Below, in pieces: positions 39,215 to 52,024 of a stretch of DNA of 64,000 nt. Location of the stretch: assembly GCF_963921235.1 (NCBI RefSeq), contig NC_086097.1:50160001-50224000 (forward strand), in the 5' to 3' direction. The number at the start of each line of letters is the position of its first letter. The first letter of the stretch is position 1. The position numbers and the translations under genes were made by a program. The notes beneath the pieces are model-generated. The model was not told the origin of the DNA. It saw nothing but the letters and a program-made list of their open reading frames with translations, and searched no databases. Origin of the DNA: Mobula hypostoma. Lineage: Eukaryota.

Positions 39215-42200
39215 GAAATGTGCTAAAGCTGGAAAGGGTTCAACAGGGGTTCACGAAAAAGATTCCAGGATTGAATGGCTTGTCATATGGAGAGTGTTTG
39301 ATGGCTCTGGGCCTGTATTAGTAGAATTCAGAAGAGTGATGGGTGACCTGATTGAAACTTATCAAAAAAACATAGAAACATAGAAAATCTACGGCACAAT
39401 AGAGGCCCTTCGGCCCACAAAGCTGTGCCAAACATGTCCTTCCCTTAGAACTACCTAGGCTTACTCATAACCCTCTATTTTTCTAAGCTCCATGTATCCA
39501 TCCAGGAGTCTCTCAAAAGACCCTATCGTTTCTGCCTCCACCACTGCCACCAGCAGCCCATTCCACACACTCACCACTCTCTGCGTAAAAAATCTTACCC
39601 TGACATCTCCTCTGTACCTACTTCCAAGCACCTTAAAAATATGCTTTCTCATGCTAGCCATTTCAGCCCTGGGAAAAAGCCTCTGACTATCCACACGATC
39701 AATGCCTCTCATTATCTTGTACACCTCTATCAGGTCACCTCTCATCCTCCGTCGATCCAAGGAGAAAAGGCCAAGTTCACTCAACCTATTCTCATAAGGC
39801 ATGCTCTCCAACCCAGGCAACATCCTTGTAAATCTCCTCTGCACCCTTCCTATGGTTTCCACGTCCTTCCTGTAGTGAGACGACCAGAATTGAGCACAGT
39901 ACTCCAAGTGGGATCTGACCAGGGTCCTATATAGCTACAACATTACCCCTCGGCTCTTAAACTCAATCTCACGATTGACAAAGGCCAATGCACTGTATGC
40001 CTTCTTAACCACAGAGTCAACCTGCTTAGCAGCTTTGAGTGTCTTATGGACTTGGATCCCGAGATCCCTCTGATCCTCCACACTGCCAAGAGTCTGACCA
40101 TTACTGCTATATTTTGCCATCATATTTGACCTACCAAAATGAACCACCTCTCACATCTGGGTTGAACTCTATCTGCCACTTCTCAGCCCAGTTTTGCATC
40201 CTATCAATGTCCCGCTGTAACCTCTGACAGCTCTCCACACTATCCACAACACCCCTAACCTTTGTGTCATCAGCAAATTTACTAACCCATCCTCCGCTTC
40301 CTCATCCAGGTCATTTATAAAAATCACAAAGAGTAAGGGTCCCAGAACAGATCCCTGAGGCACAGTACTGGTCACTGACCTCCATGCAGAATATGACCCA
40401 TCTACAACCACTCTTTGCCTTCTGTGGGCAAGCCAGTTCTGGATCCACAAAGCAATATCCCCTTGGATCCCATGCCTCCTTACTTTCTTAATAAGCCTTG
40501 CATGGGGTACCTTATCAAATGCCTTGCTAAGATCCATATACAGTTACATCTACAGCTCTACCTTCATCAATGTCTTTAGTCACATCCTCAAAAAATTCAG
40601 TCAGACTCATAAGGCATGACCTGCCTTTGACAAAGCCATGCTGACTATTCCTAATCATATTATGCCTCTCCAAACGTTCATAAATACTGCCTCTCAGGAT
40701 TTTCTCCATCAACTTACCAACCACTGAAGTAAGACTCACTGGTCTGTAATTTCCTGGGCTATCCTTACTCCCTTTCTTGAATAAGGGAACAACATCCGCA
40801 ACTCTCCAATCCTCCGGAACCTCTCCCATCCCCATTGATTAAGCAAAGATCATCGCCAGAGGCTCAGCAATCTCCTTCCTCGCCTCCCACAGTAGCCTGG
40901 GTTACATCCAATCCGGTCCCAGTGACTTATCCAACTTGATGCTTTCCAAAAGCTCCAGGACATCCTCTTCCTTAATATTTACATGCTCAAGCATTTCAGT
41001 CTGCTGCAAGTCATCACTACAATCACCAAGATCCTTTTCCATACTGAATACTGAAGCAAAGTATTCATTAAGTACCTCTGCCATCTCCTCCACTTCCATT
41101 CACACTTTTCCACTGTCACACTTGATTGGTATTTTCTCATGTCTTATCCTCTTGCTTTTCACATACTTGTACAATGCCTTGGGGTTTTCCTTAATCCTGT
41201 CCGCCAAGACCTTCTCATGGCCCCTTCTGGCTCTCCTAATTTCATTCTTAAGCTCCTTCCTGCTAGCCTTATCATCTTCTAGATCTCTATCATTACCTAG
41301 TTTTTTGAACCTTTCATAAGCACTTCTTTTCTTCTTGACTAGATTTACAACAGCCTATGTACACCACGGTTCCTGTACCCTACCACCCTTTCCCTGTCTC
41401 ATTGGAACATATCTACACAGAACCCCACGCAAATATTTCTGAACATTTGCCACATTTCTTCCATACATTTCCCTGAGAACATCTGTTTCCAATTTATGCT
41501 TACAAATTCCTGCCTGATAGCCTCATATTTCCCCTTACTCCAATTAAACGATTCCCTAACTTGTCTGTTCCAATCTCTCTCCAATGCTATGGTAAAGAAG
41601 ATAGAATTGTGATCACTATCTCCAAAATGCTCTCCCACTGAGAGAACTGACTCCTGACCAGGTTCTTTTCCCAATACCAGATCAAGTACAGCCTCTCCTC
41701 TTGTAGGCTTATGTACATGTTGTGTCAAGAAACCTTCCTGAACACCTAACAAACTCCACCCCTTCTAAACCCCTCAATCTAGGGAAATGCTAATCGATAT
41801 TTGGGAAATTAAAATCTCCCACCACAACAACCCTGTTATTATTACTCCTTTCCAAACTCTGTCTCCCTATCTGCTCCTCGATGTCCCTGTTATTATTGGG
41901 TGGTCTATAAAAACACCAGTAGAGTTATTGACCCCTTCTTGTTCCTAACTTCCACCCACAGAGACTCTGTAGACAATCCCTCCATGACTTCCTCCTTTTC
42001 TGCAGCCGTGACACTACCTCTGATCAACAGTGCCACACCCCTACCTCTTTTGCCTCCCTCCCTGTCCTTTCTGAAACATCTAAAGCCTGGCACTTGAAGT
42101 AGCCATTCCTGCCCCCGCACCATCCAAGTCTCTGTAATGACCACAACATCATAGCTCCAAGTGGTGATCCACACTCTAAGCTCATCTGCTTTGTTCATAA

Positions 42201-43655
42201 TACGCCTCGCATTAAAATAGACACATCCCAAACCATCAGTCTCAGTGCATCCCTTCTCTATCAACTGCCTATCCTCCCTTTCACACGTCTCCAAGCTTTC
42301 TCTATTCGTGAGCCAACCTCCCTTTCCTCTGTCACTTCAGTTTGGTTCCCATCCCCCAGTAATTCTAGTTTAAACTCTCCCCAATAGCCTTTGCAAACCT
42401 CCCTGCCAGGATATTGGTCTCCCTCAGATTCAAGTACAACCCGTCCTTTTTGTACAGGTCACTCCTGCCCCAGAAGAAGTCCCAATGATCCAGAAATCTG
42501 AATCCCTGCCTCCTGCTCCAATCCCTCAGCCACGCATTTATCCTGCACCTCATTCTATTCCTATACTCACTGTCACGTGGCATAGGCAGTAATCCTGAGA
42601 TTACTACCTTTGAGGTCCTGCTTCTGAACTTCCTTCCTAACTCCCTGTAGTCTGCTTTCAGGACCTCCTCCCTTTTCCTACCTTTGTCGTTGGTACCAAT
42701 ATGTACCACGACCTCTGGCTGTTCTCCTTCCCACTTCAAGATATCATGGACGTGATCAGAAACATCCCAGACCGTGGCACCTGGGAGGCAAACTACCATC
42801 TGCATTTCATTCCTGCATCCACAGAATCGCCTGTCTGATCCCCTAACTATAGAGTCCTCTATCACTGCTGCCGTCCTCGTCCTTTCCCTACCCATCTGAG
42901 TCTCAGGGCCAGACTCTGTGCCAGAAGCACAACCACTGTTGCTTCCCCAGGTAGGCCATTCCCCCCAACAGTACTCAAACACTAGTACTTATTGTTAAGG
43001 GGGGCAGCTACTGGGGTACTCTCTAACACCTGCTTCTTGCCCTTCCCTCTCCTGACTGTTACCCACTTCTCTGTCTCCCCAGGCCCCGGAGTGACTACCT
43101 GTCTATAGCTCCTCTCTATCACCTCCTCACTCTCCCTGACCAGAAGAAGGTCATCAAACTGGATCTCCAGTTCCCTAACGTGGTCCCTAAGGAGCTGCAG
43201 CTCAATGCACCTGGTGCAGATGTGGACATCCGGGAGGCTGGAGGTCTCTAGGACTTCCCACATCTGACACCGAGCATAGAAAACCAGCCTCACACACATT
43301 CTTCCTGTCGAATGGTGAAAGGTCTTGAGAGGGTGGATGTGGAGAGGATGTTTCCTATGGTGGAAGTGTCTAAGACCAGAGGACACAGCCTCAGCATAGA
43401 GGGGTGTGCTTTGAGAATGGAGATGAGGAAGAATTTCTTTAGCCAGAGAATGATGAATCTGTGAAATTTGTTGCCACAGGCACCTGTGGAGGCCAAGTCT
43501 TTATATATATTTAAGGCAGAGGTTTTTAGATTCTTGATATGGGGAGAAGGCAGGAGATTGGGGCTGAGAGGAAAATTGGATCAGCCATGATAAAATGGCG
43601 GAGCAACCTCAATGGGTCAAATGGCCTAATTCTGCTCGTATATGTTATGGTCTTA
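39215..43655 (+). mobile_element. CR1 3' fragment (39215-39365 + 43307-43655), split by an antisense CR1
   Basis: gacctgattgaaacttatc... resumes as gaatggtgaaaggtcttg after the nested element and continues into the 3' UTR. Confidence 0.75.
39369..43306 (-). mobile_element. Near full-length CR1 LINE (~3.9 kb): ORF1 (Cys motif/coiled coil + SGNH esterase) and fragmented ORF2
   Basis: 42982-43386 has HICTRC and a leucine-zipper-like segment. 42365-42982 has DSIVRG, HIGTND, DGLYLN. Endonuclease [30 protein letters not shown]. (catagaaa)n tail. Confidence 0.93.
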
Positions 43656-44997
43656 ATGTCTAAATAATGGTTATCAGTCATAAAAAGCAAACCTATTAAA
43701 TACTGTATAAGGATAAAATTTCTTGCAAGTGATTACTGAGTTCACTTGACTGGCACAAGATTCTGTATAGGCACTTTAACCATGCATGTGTAAGCTTGGT
43801 TATTCAAAGCAAATTACCCTACACTTTGATAGTAAAGACTGAATTAGTATTTTACTCAGTAGCTCTTACTTTCTTCCCTGCTGATACTAATGATGGAATT
43901 TACCAGCTGAATCGAACAGCTGTGTTCTGGCTTGTCCTGAAACCTGAGGGAGGGAGACTGCTAAATAATTCAAAGAAATCTCTTCTATTACACTTCAGCT
44001 CCTGCGACTTCTCTCTATAAATAATCTGTTTTGATGTAATTTTACCATCAACAATATGCACTCTACATATCTTCTTCAGCATTTTTTTATTTTTCAGTAA
44101 TTTATTATATTATCCTGCTTCTTGTTAAGTGCAGAGTCCCTTCCAGTTGTCTGCAATTTTAATTCCCTGTTCCACTCCCACTCCAATTTCTCTATATCCG
44201 TAGCCTCCTGCACTATTACAGTGAGGTCCAAACTAAGCTCAAGGAACAACACCTAATTTTTTTTAATCTGAGTACTGCAGCTTGCAAAACGTAATTCTCC
44301 AATTTCAGATCATTTGCTTTTTCTTTCTGTGTGTGTCAGGACTGACAATTTGTATATGTCATTCTCTTCTTCATCTTATTTGCATTTACATAGCCTGACC
44401 TGTTGAGGTCATCTAAATAGGCCGGACTAAAATCACCCAGACTTTACAGTGTTGGCAACACATTCCAAAGAATTAGGAACTTAACTATAACTCATCATTT
44501 CATCCTGTTACTGACATTCTCTTTGCTGTGCTCTGGCCTTCATCACCTTTTCTGTTACTTTGACCAATTTGCTTTCTCTCCTTCTCAGTTCTGAGGAAAG
44601 GTCCTTGACTCAAAACATGAACTGGTTCCTCTTTGCAAAACTGCTGCTTGACCGGTGAAGTTCTTCCAGCTTTTCTGTTTTTGTTAGCGATGACAGCAGT
44701 TTATTGTTTCCTACCATAAACTGAGCCTGTTAATGGTGTTACTCATGCAGCGTGCTAACAGAAAGGTGTTACCTATTCATCTTATTGCAGCATTGTAAAG
44801 GTCTTGTCTGTCAATGAGTTTTTAATTCTACAATACCTGCAAGATTTCTGCTACATTCAGATGTTGGCTTTATCTCAGTGATTCCATTTGAATCTTTCCT
44901 GGAAACTTCGTCCCTAGTACCAGGCCAATCCGTGGAAGGTTTCGAGGGTGATTTTTGAAGTAATGTATTCTTGTAAACTATTTGTCAGTGAGTAAAA

Positions 44998-46545
44998 GCA
45001 AGAGAAAACTTGCAGATGATGAAAATCCAAGCAACACACACAAAATGCTGGAGGAACTCAGCAGGCCAGGCAGCGTCCATGGAAAAAAAGTAAACAGACG
45101 ACGTTTTGGGCTGACACCCTGACCCTTTATCAGTGAGTAGTTGATCCAATATGCCTTCACATAAAAGTCAAAAGGAAGGCATAGCTGCATATATTTAGAT
45201 CAATTTGATATCTATTTTAGTATTTCCAGTCTAACAGCAATAGAAAATGCAAACTATCCCCCTTAGTCCAGTCCCTTCCCACCTACATCCACGACACTTC
45301 ACATGCTCTTGATCTCCTCACCAACTTTCAATTCCCTGACTCTGACTGCTTCATTTTCACCATGGATATCCAGTCCTTATACACTTCTGTACCCCATCAA
45401 GAGGGCATTAAAGCTCTCTGCTTCTTTCTCGACAAAGGACCCAACCAGTTCCCCTCCTCCATCTAACAAAACTGGTTCTCACCCTCTCCTACAGCTCATC
45501 CCACTTTCTCCAAACTGAGGGGTGGAGCCACGGGCACCTACATGAGCCCCACTTATGCCTGCCTTTTCATTGGCCATGTGGATCAGTCCTTCCCTGGCTA
45601 CGTTGATGACTGCATTCATGGTGAGCTCATCAATTTCATCAACTTCCATCCTGCCCTTAAATTCACTTAGTCCATTTCTGACACTTTCTCTCTGTCTCCA
45701 TTTCTGGAGAAAAACTGTCTTTTGACATCTTTTATAAACTTGCCAATTCCCATTGCTATCTTGATTATACCTCTTCAAACATTGCCTCATGTAAAAATGC
45801 TATTCCCTTTTCTCAGTTTCTTCTTCTCTTCCACATCTGTTTCCAGGATGAGGCTTTCCTTTCCAGGACATCAGAGATATCATCCTTCTTCAAAGAATGA
45901 TGTTTCCCTTCTTCCACCATTGATGCTGCCCTCACCCGCATCTCCTCTGTTTCCTAGACATCTGCATTCACCCCATCTTCCCATCGATTTAACAGGGATA
46001 GTCTCTGCATCCAACACATCATTCTTCTAATGGGCTCTACCACCAAACACTTCCTTACTTCCCCTCAATTCTCCATTTACCACAGGGATTGCTCCCTCCA
46101 TGATTCTCTTGTCCATTAATCCCTCCCCACTAACCTCCCTCCTGGCACATATCCCTGTAAACCACAGAAATGGTATGCTGCCCATTCATCTCTTCCATCA
46201 CCTCCGTTCGGAGTCCCAAACAGTTCTTCCAGATGAGACAACATATCACCTGAGAATCTGCTGGAGTCATCTATTGTATCTGGTGCTTCCAATGCAGCCT
46301 CCTCTACATTGGTAAGACCCATCATAAATTGGGGGACAGTTTTGTTGAGCACCTCCACTCCATCTGCCCTCCTCCAACATTTTATTCAGGTGTCTTGTCC
46401 CTTCCTTTCCAGTCCTGATGAAGGATTTTGGCTCAAAATGTCGACTGTTTATTCTTTTCCATAGATTCTGCCTGGTCTGCTGAGTTCCTCCAGCATTTTG
46501 TGTGTGTTGCTTGGATTTCCAGCATCTGCAGATTTTCTCTTGTTT
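44998..46545. mobile_element. Degenerate Penelope-like element (RT and GIY-YIG remnants on +, inverted terminus at 44998-45125)
   Basis: ttcaccatggatatccagtccttatacac reads FTMDIQSLYT (RT motif). GIY-YIG remnant at ~46265-46315 and a degenerate hammerhead at 46411-46446. Confidence 0.75.
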
Positions 46546-46559
46546 ATCATTGAAAATTA

Positions 46560-46890
46560 CATACTTACTACCCATTAAGCTGCGGGCGTTTAGGGCAGCA
46601 ATGAAGGTCCTCCATCTGTCTGTCCATACCGTTGCACACAGATATAGAAGGATTTCTCATAGCTGTTTCCATAGCAATATTTTTTCGACCAGTCAGGTTT
46701 TTTAGCCCTGAGCTGAGCCCCCAAACCTGGAGGGTGGGTGGAGAACTCTTAGCCTGGCCTCTATCCTTTGACCTGTTTGGCATGGATGACCCTACCAAGA
46801 GCCAAATCAGAAAGCCCTGATTCCAGCCAACATAGCTCTCCAGGTCATTAAGGCCTGCAAGCCCCCAAACCATTAGATAAGGTTGTGGTC
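46560..46890 (-). mobile_element. RTE-related short non-autonomous retroelement
   Basis: On the minus strand the 3' end reads ...RWRTFIAALNA-like, followed by a taagta tail. The rest resembles a LINE 5' UTR and has no ORF. Confidence 0.5.
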
Positions 46891-48049
46891 CTCTTGGACG
46901 AACATCATTGAAAACAACATGAAATCTTAAGACAAAAAAAAATCGAACAAGAGGATTTAACCAACAGATTGTTTCCTCACTGAAACAACAAAATAATAGT
47001 GATAAAAATACTTTGTGCAGCCAATGCATTGATCCATTCTATAAATATTCTACAATGAAAGATTTGAATAAAATAAACCACTTTATGATTACTATTATTC
47101 TATTTCACAGTTCTATTTAGACACAATTTATCTAAACCACACTTCTACACCTTAAATAGTTACCCGTCAAATCTCCCAGAGGCAGCATGTGTATTTCATT
47201 CAGCAATTTAGACCTGCTTGCCTCAGGGTCCTGTTCTGGGGGCATTCAATGCCGAACTGCAAAACTTTTAACAGGACTGTGGAACAGGGAGAGGCACCTT
47301 AGTCACACAATACTACTTGTTACAGACACCTGTTAGGGTGCATTCTCCAGTTACCTTATAATCTACTGTTGACTGCTGCTTCTTAGTCACAGTGAGCACC
47401 GAAAGAAACTACTTGTCTGCAGACAACCCATTGCTTCATCTTCCCACCGTCACTGCTGGATCTTTGAGCCAGTCGATCCTAAATATTCATGACTGACTGA
47501 TTTTAGTAACAGCTCTTCTCATTTACGGCAGACCCAAGTGCATCACTACATCATGGACAGCAACAGGGCTCTGAATGACAGACCTTAAGTGGGATCCTGG
47601 TGAGGTTACAGTTTCCATGAAGATTCCCTTCACCCTTCTTTGACCTCCTACCCCCTCTATCTTGTTGTGCCTCCACCTCTGCCCTCACCCATGGTGCCAC
47701 ACCCTGGGTGCTCTCCATGTCCTCCACCTACACACTCCAGCTACCCCCCCCAAACCAGATTAATTCATGGCCCTCACACTCCTTGACTCCCCTCCACGCC
47801 ATCCAGATACCCAGTTCCAGCAAATTAAATGTCTTTTTTATTACATTGTCACTTTCCATCTTGTGAAATGAAAACATTTTTAAACCCTATAGCAAAGTTA
47901 CTACTTTAAAAATTACAATGCAGGTAAAGTTTAAAAGACTTCCAAATTGCTTTGTAATATGTAACTTGGGGAATAAATGGGAAACCACAATTTTTATGTA
48001 TTCACTTTAGGATAGGGACCCTACAAAAGGAGGGTTTAAACTCTAGTCT

Positions 48050-48265
48050 GGCATGGTAGTGTAGTGGTTAGTGTAACGTTATTACAGAGCCAGTGACCCG
48101 GATTCCATTCCACTTCTGTCTTTATTGAGTTTGCACATTCTCCTCATGACCGTGTGGATTTCCTCCGGGTAATCTGGATTCTTTCCAAATCCCAAAGACA
48201 TGGGTATAATTGGGCCATGTAGGCTCATTTGGCCAGAAAGATCTGCTACCATGCTGTATCTAAAA
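48050..48265 (+). mobile_element. tRNA-derived SINE
   Basis: A-box-like tagtgtagtgg, a degenerate B box, and body gtttgcacattctcctcatgaccgtgtggatttcctccggg. Confidence 0.65.
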
Positions 48266-48879
48266 AAAACCTGAATTGGTGTGAGGATGGATACCAGTAT
48301 AAAGAAGTAGAAATGTGGAATAAAGTGCATAAAGGAATAGAGTGTTTGATAATACAAAGAAAAGAACTATCACATCATATCAGATAGAAGCTAAATAACA
48401 AGAAAAACGTAGTACAGATAGATCTGGAATGCACGTATAGTGTTTTACTGCAGAAAGTGTGATGAATATGGTTGATTCAGTACAGGCAGATACAGTCCAA
48501 TGGAAAGCTGTGGTGGAGACAATAGAAACAAGGTTTAAAATGGTGAGAGCCACACTTAGTATTCATGGATACAAAGTGTTTGGAAGAGGCAGAGAAGGAT
48601 AAAAGACTAATGGGATGGGAATACTGTCAAGGGAAAACATTGCAGTATTGGAAAATGTCCTTGATGGTGCGAAGAAAGAATCTATTCAATTGATGTCAAG
48701 AATCAAAAAAGGTTACTGGAAATATTTCATAGACCTCCAAATATTTGGTTGTAGGGGTAAGGGGTGTATGGTTGGCAGAGAAAATGCAGTAATATGTAAA
48801 GAAAAACTATATTTATAATGATTGACTTTAACTCCCCAGTATTGGAATAAGCATAACATTAGTGTAATGGGAAAGTTGT

Positions 48880-49060
48880 TGTTCCTTTTTTCACACCTTT
48901 GTGGTGTATTGGGTGGCATTTTTTTTTCACAGACAAATGCCAAGAGTTGCTAGCTCGACCGTCAACCCAGCACGGATGGAAAGTGTGCAAGGGGCCAGCT
49001 GGATTCGAACCTGAGACCTCTTGCCATGAAGTCTGGTGCTGATGCCACTACACCACTAGT
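48880..49060 (-). mobile_element. tRNA-derived SINE
   Basis: Reverse complement has A box tggtgtagtgg and B box ggttcgaatcc. Homologous to 33315-33500. Confidence 0.7.
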
Positions 49061-49580
49061 TGAATAGGAGAGTGGGGGAAAGGGTTTTCTGACCGATATG
49101 AACCGCACTCTGGTACATTGTTCTGTCTGACTACCTGGCTTCTTCTGATATTCTAGCTTCTTTCCACATCTTGAGGGTTGGTAGAACTGATGGGAACATG
49201 GAGAGAATGTGTTATGGAAAAAAATAGTGAGGGAATGAAACTGCTGTTTGAGTCAGCATGGACTTGATGGGCTGAATGGCTGTCTCTGCTACAAGGATTA
49301 TGGCACCTCTTCACCAAATCACAGGATTTCATCATGTGAACATATCACTTTTAAAGCTGGCTTATTTTACAAATGACGCATTTTTTTGCAATTGCATGTC
49401 TTATAATAACAATTTTATTATTGTGAAGTTGAGCAAGTCAACTTCTGCATTTAAAGTGAAGAGTGGCAATAGATATTTCAGTCACACCCTGTTATTTTAA
49501 TACAGTTTCTAGCATAGAGTGAAGCAAAGTGGAGTGGTTAAGACATGGATTTAATGAGGACAATGATTTATTTCCTTTAG

Positions 49581-49747
49581 AGCGTCATTTGTCTAGCATA
49601 TAAGCAGGAACAGGAGTACAACGTTTTCAAAGGTCATTATTTGGATAAATCCCTGGCCTCATCACCGCATGATATACTGATGCAGTTTGCTGCAGCACCA
49701 TCCTATGCCAAAACTGCACAGTTTGCCTGCACAGATAAATCTTTCCG
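49581..49747 (+). CDS. Candidate internal coding exon (SVICLAYKQEQEYNVFKGHYLDKSLASSPHDILMQFAAAPSYAKTAQFACTDKSF), gene unknown
   Basis: tttcctttag acceptor and CG|gtaagc donor, 167 bp. Only the phase-0 frame is open; unique DNA. Confidence 0.4.
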
Positions 49748-51799
49748 GTAAGCAGTTAATGTTTCTAAAACATCAATGTTGTGAGACACTGTAAGGAGAA
49801 CTATCTTTACCTTACCATTGGCAGAGGTACACTTCCAGTATAACAAGAATTGTAAATAAATAGAAAGGATCAAATATTTGTTTGCAAAATCACTCTATCA
49901 AATGTAAGGGAGGAAGACTGCAATTTGATGGAAAGGAAATTTAAATACCAGCAATAAATATTTAATTATACACTATCTTATAAAATATGTACATTTACAT
50001 TTCTTTGTCCGTTTGTGTCTAGTAGTGCCAGCTACTTCTTTAGTATTTGCCTTAAGCACTCAGAGAAATGAGTAAGGTGACATAACACAGGGTGAAACGG
50101 ATGCTGCCATTTAATGAAAGAGTGCATTGTTCCTTTGCAGCAGGGAATTTGGTTGTTACAGCCCAGAAATTGTTGCTACCAGTAATAACAGGTGTCTTCT
50201 TAATGTTTCTAAAGCTCCTCTCCCTACTCATCTGGGAAAGAGATTATTAATTTGGAAGTATCAGTCAATGTTTGCATTTAATTGGCAAATATACCAAAAG
50301 GTTGACTCAAATGATCATTTGTACTCTGATTTCAGCAATCATTTCTTCTGTACATAGCTATATCAGTGAAACTTTCTCTTGATTCAAGATTCAACTACAT
50401 TTATTACCAAAGGCTGTATAAATTATACAACCTTGAGATTTGCTTGTGCTAGCCACAAAGCAAGAAACCTGAAAGAATCCAATTAAAGAAAAAAATGGCC
50501 AGCACTCCAAAGGATAACATACCCAAGAAAATCATAAACATAAACAAAACAAAAAATACTGGAGAATCACAATAGATCAGGCAACATCTATGTAGGGAGA
50601 AACAAGTTAATATTTCAAGTTGATGACTTCCCATCAGAGGTGGTGAGCAATTGCAAAGCTGTGGGGCCAGACAACATACCTGGCCAGGTGCTGACCAGCT
50701 AACGGGGGTCTTAACAGACATCTTTAATAGCGCTTTGAAACAGTCCTCTGTCCCTGCAGGCATCAAGGCACCCACCATCATCCCAGTGCCCAAGAGAGCA
50801 ACAGTAACTAGCCTAAACAATTACTGCCCAGTGGCTTTGAGCAGCTGATACTGGATCATATAAATTCCCACCTTGCAGCTACTTTGGATGCTTTCCAGTT
50901 TGCCTATCGCTTAACCTAGTCCACTGATGATGCCATAGCCTCGGCCCTCCACTCTGTCCTGTCCCACCTGGAAAACAATGTTTCATATGCCAGGATGTTG
51001 ATCATTGACTTCAGCTCGATCGTCCCTCAGAGGCCGGTGGGTAAACTGTCCTTGTTGGGACCCAACACCCCTCTCTGTAACTGGATCTTGGAAAGTCCGA
51101 GTTGGTAGCAATATCTCAAGATCCATCACGCTGAGCACTGGTGTCCCCCCGGGCTGTGCGCTCAGCTCCCTGCTGTTTACACTGCTGGCTCACGACTGCC
51201 GTGCCAGATCCAGCTCAACCACGTTGTCAAGTTCACTAACGATACTGGCCTCATCAGCAACAATGAGTCGGCATACAAAGAGGAGATAGAGGAGCTTTTC
51301 CAATGGTGCCTGAGTCTCATCCTGGACAAGACAAGAGATGATTGTAGACCGCTGTCCATTGCACATCAATGGCTCTGGCGTGGAGAGAGTGAAGAGCACG
51401 AAGTTTCTTAGTGTGCATGTAACAGACGATCTAACCTGAACCCACGACACCTCCTCATCAGTCAAGACAGCACAGCAGCATCTATACTTTATGAGGAGAT
51501 TGAGGCGTGCAAAGCTCCCTGGCCCCATTCCAACAACTTTCCACAGGACCATAATTGAGAGCGCCCTGTCTGGCCGTGTCACCGTGTGGTACGGAAGCTG
51601 TAAGGCATCAGACCGCAAGACCCTACAGAAGATGGTAACAACGGCTGAGAGAATTACTGGGGTCGCCCTCACCCCTATTTGTGTCATTTACTGGGAGCAT
51701 TGCAGACAAAGAGGCCGAGATATTGTTGAGGATCCCTACCACAGGTCCCACAATCTCTTTAACCCACTACCATCAGGAAAGAGGTACAGAAGCTTCAGG

Positions 51800-52024
51800 C
51801 AACACACATCAAAGTTGCTGGTGAACACAGCAGGCCAGGCAGCATCTCTAGGAAGAGGTACAGTCGACGTTTCAGGCCGAGACCCTTCGTTAGTCCTGAC
51901 GAAGGGTCTCGGCCTGAAACGTCGACTGTACCTCTTCCTAGAGATGCTGCCTGGCCTGCTGCATTCACCAGCAACTTTGATGTGTGTTGCTTGAATTTCC
52001 AGCATCTGCAGAATTCCTGTTGTT
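51800..52024. mobile_element. 225-bp palindromic Penelope-terminus insertion with 12-bp TSD
   Basis: Arms 51800-51890 and 51899-51989 are reverse complements with 2 mismatches. agaagc(t/a)tcagg at 51788-51799 and 52025-52036. Confidence 0.9.
51892..51927 (+). ncRNA. Minimal type I hammerhead ribozyme
   Basis: agtc-CTGACGA-agggtctcggcct-GAAA-c-GTC-gact. Predicted cleavage after C51923. Confidence 0.75.

Noticed and set aside
48960..49060. tRNA-like A and B boxes
   Set aside because: Part of a dispersed SINE, with no complete cloverleaf.
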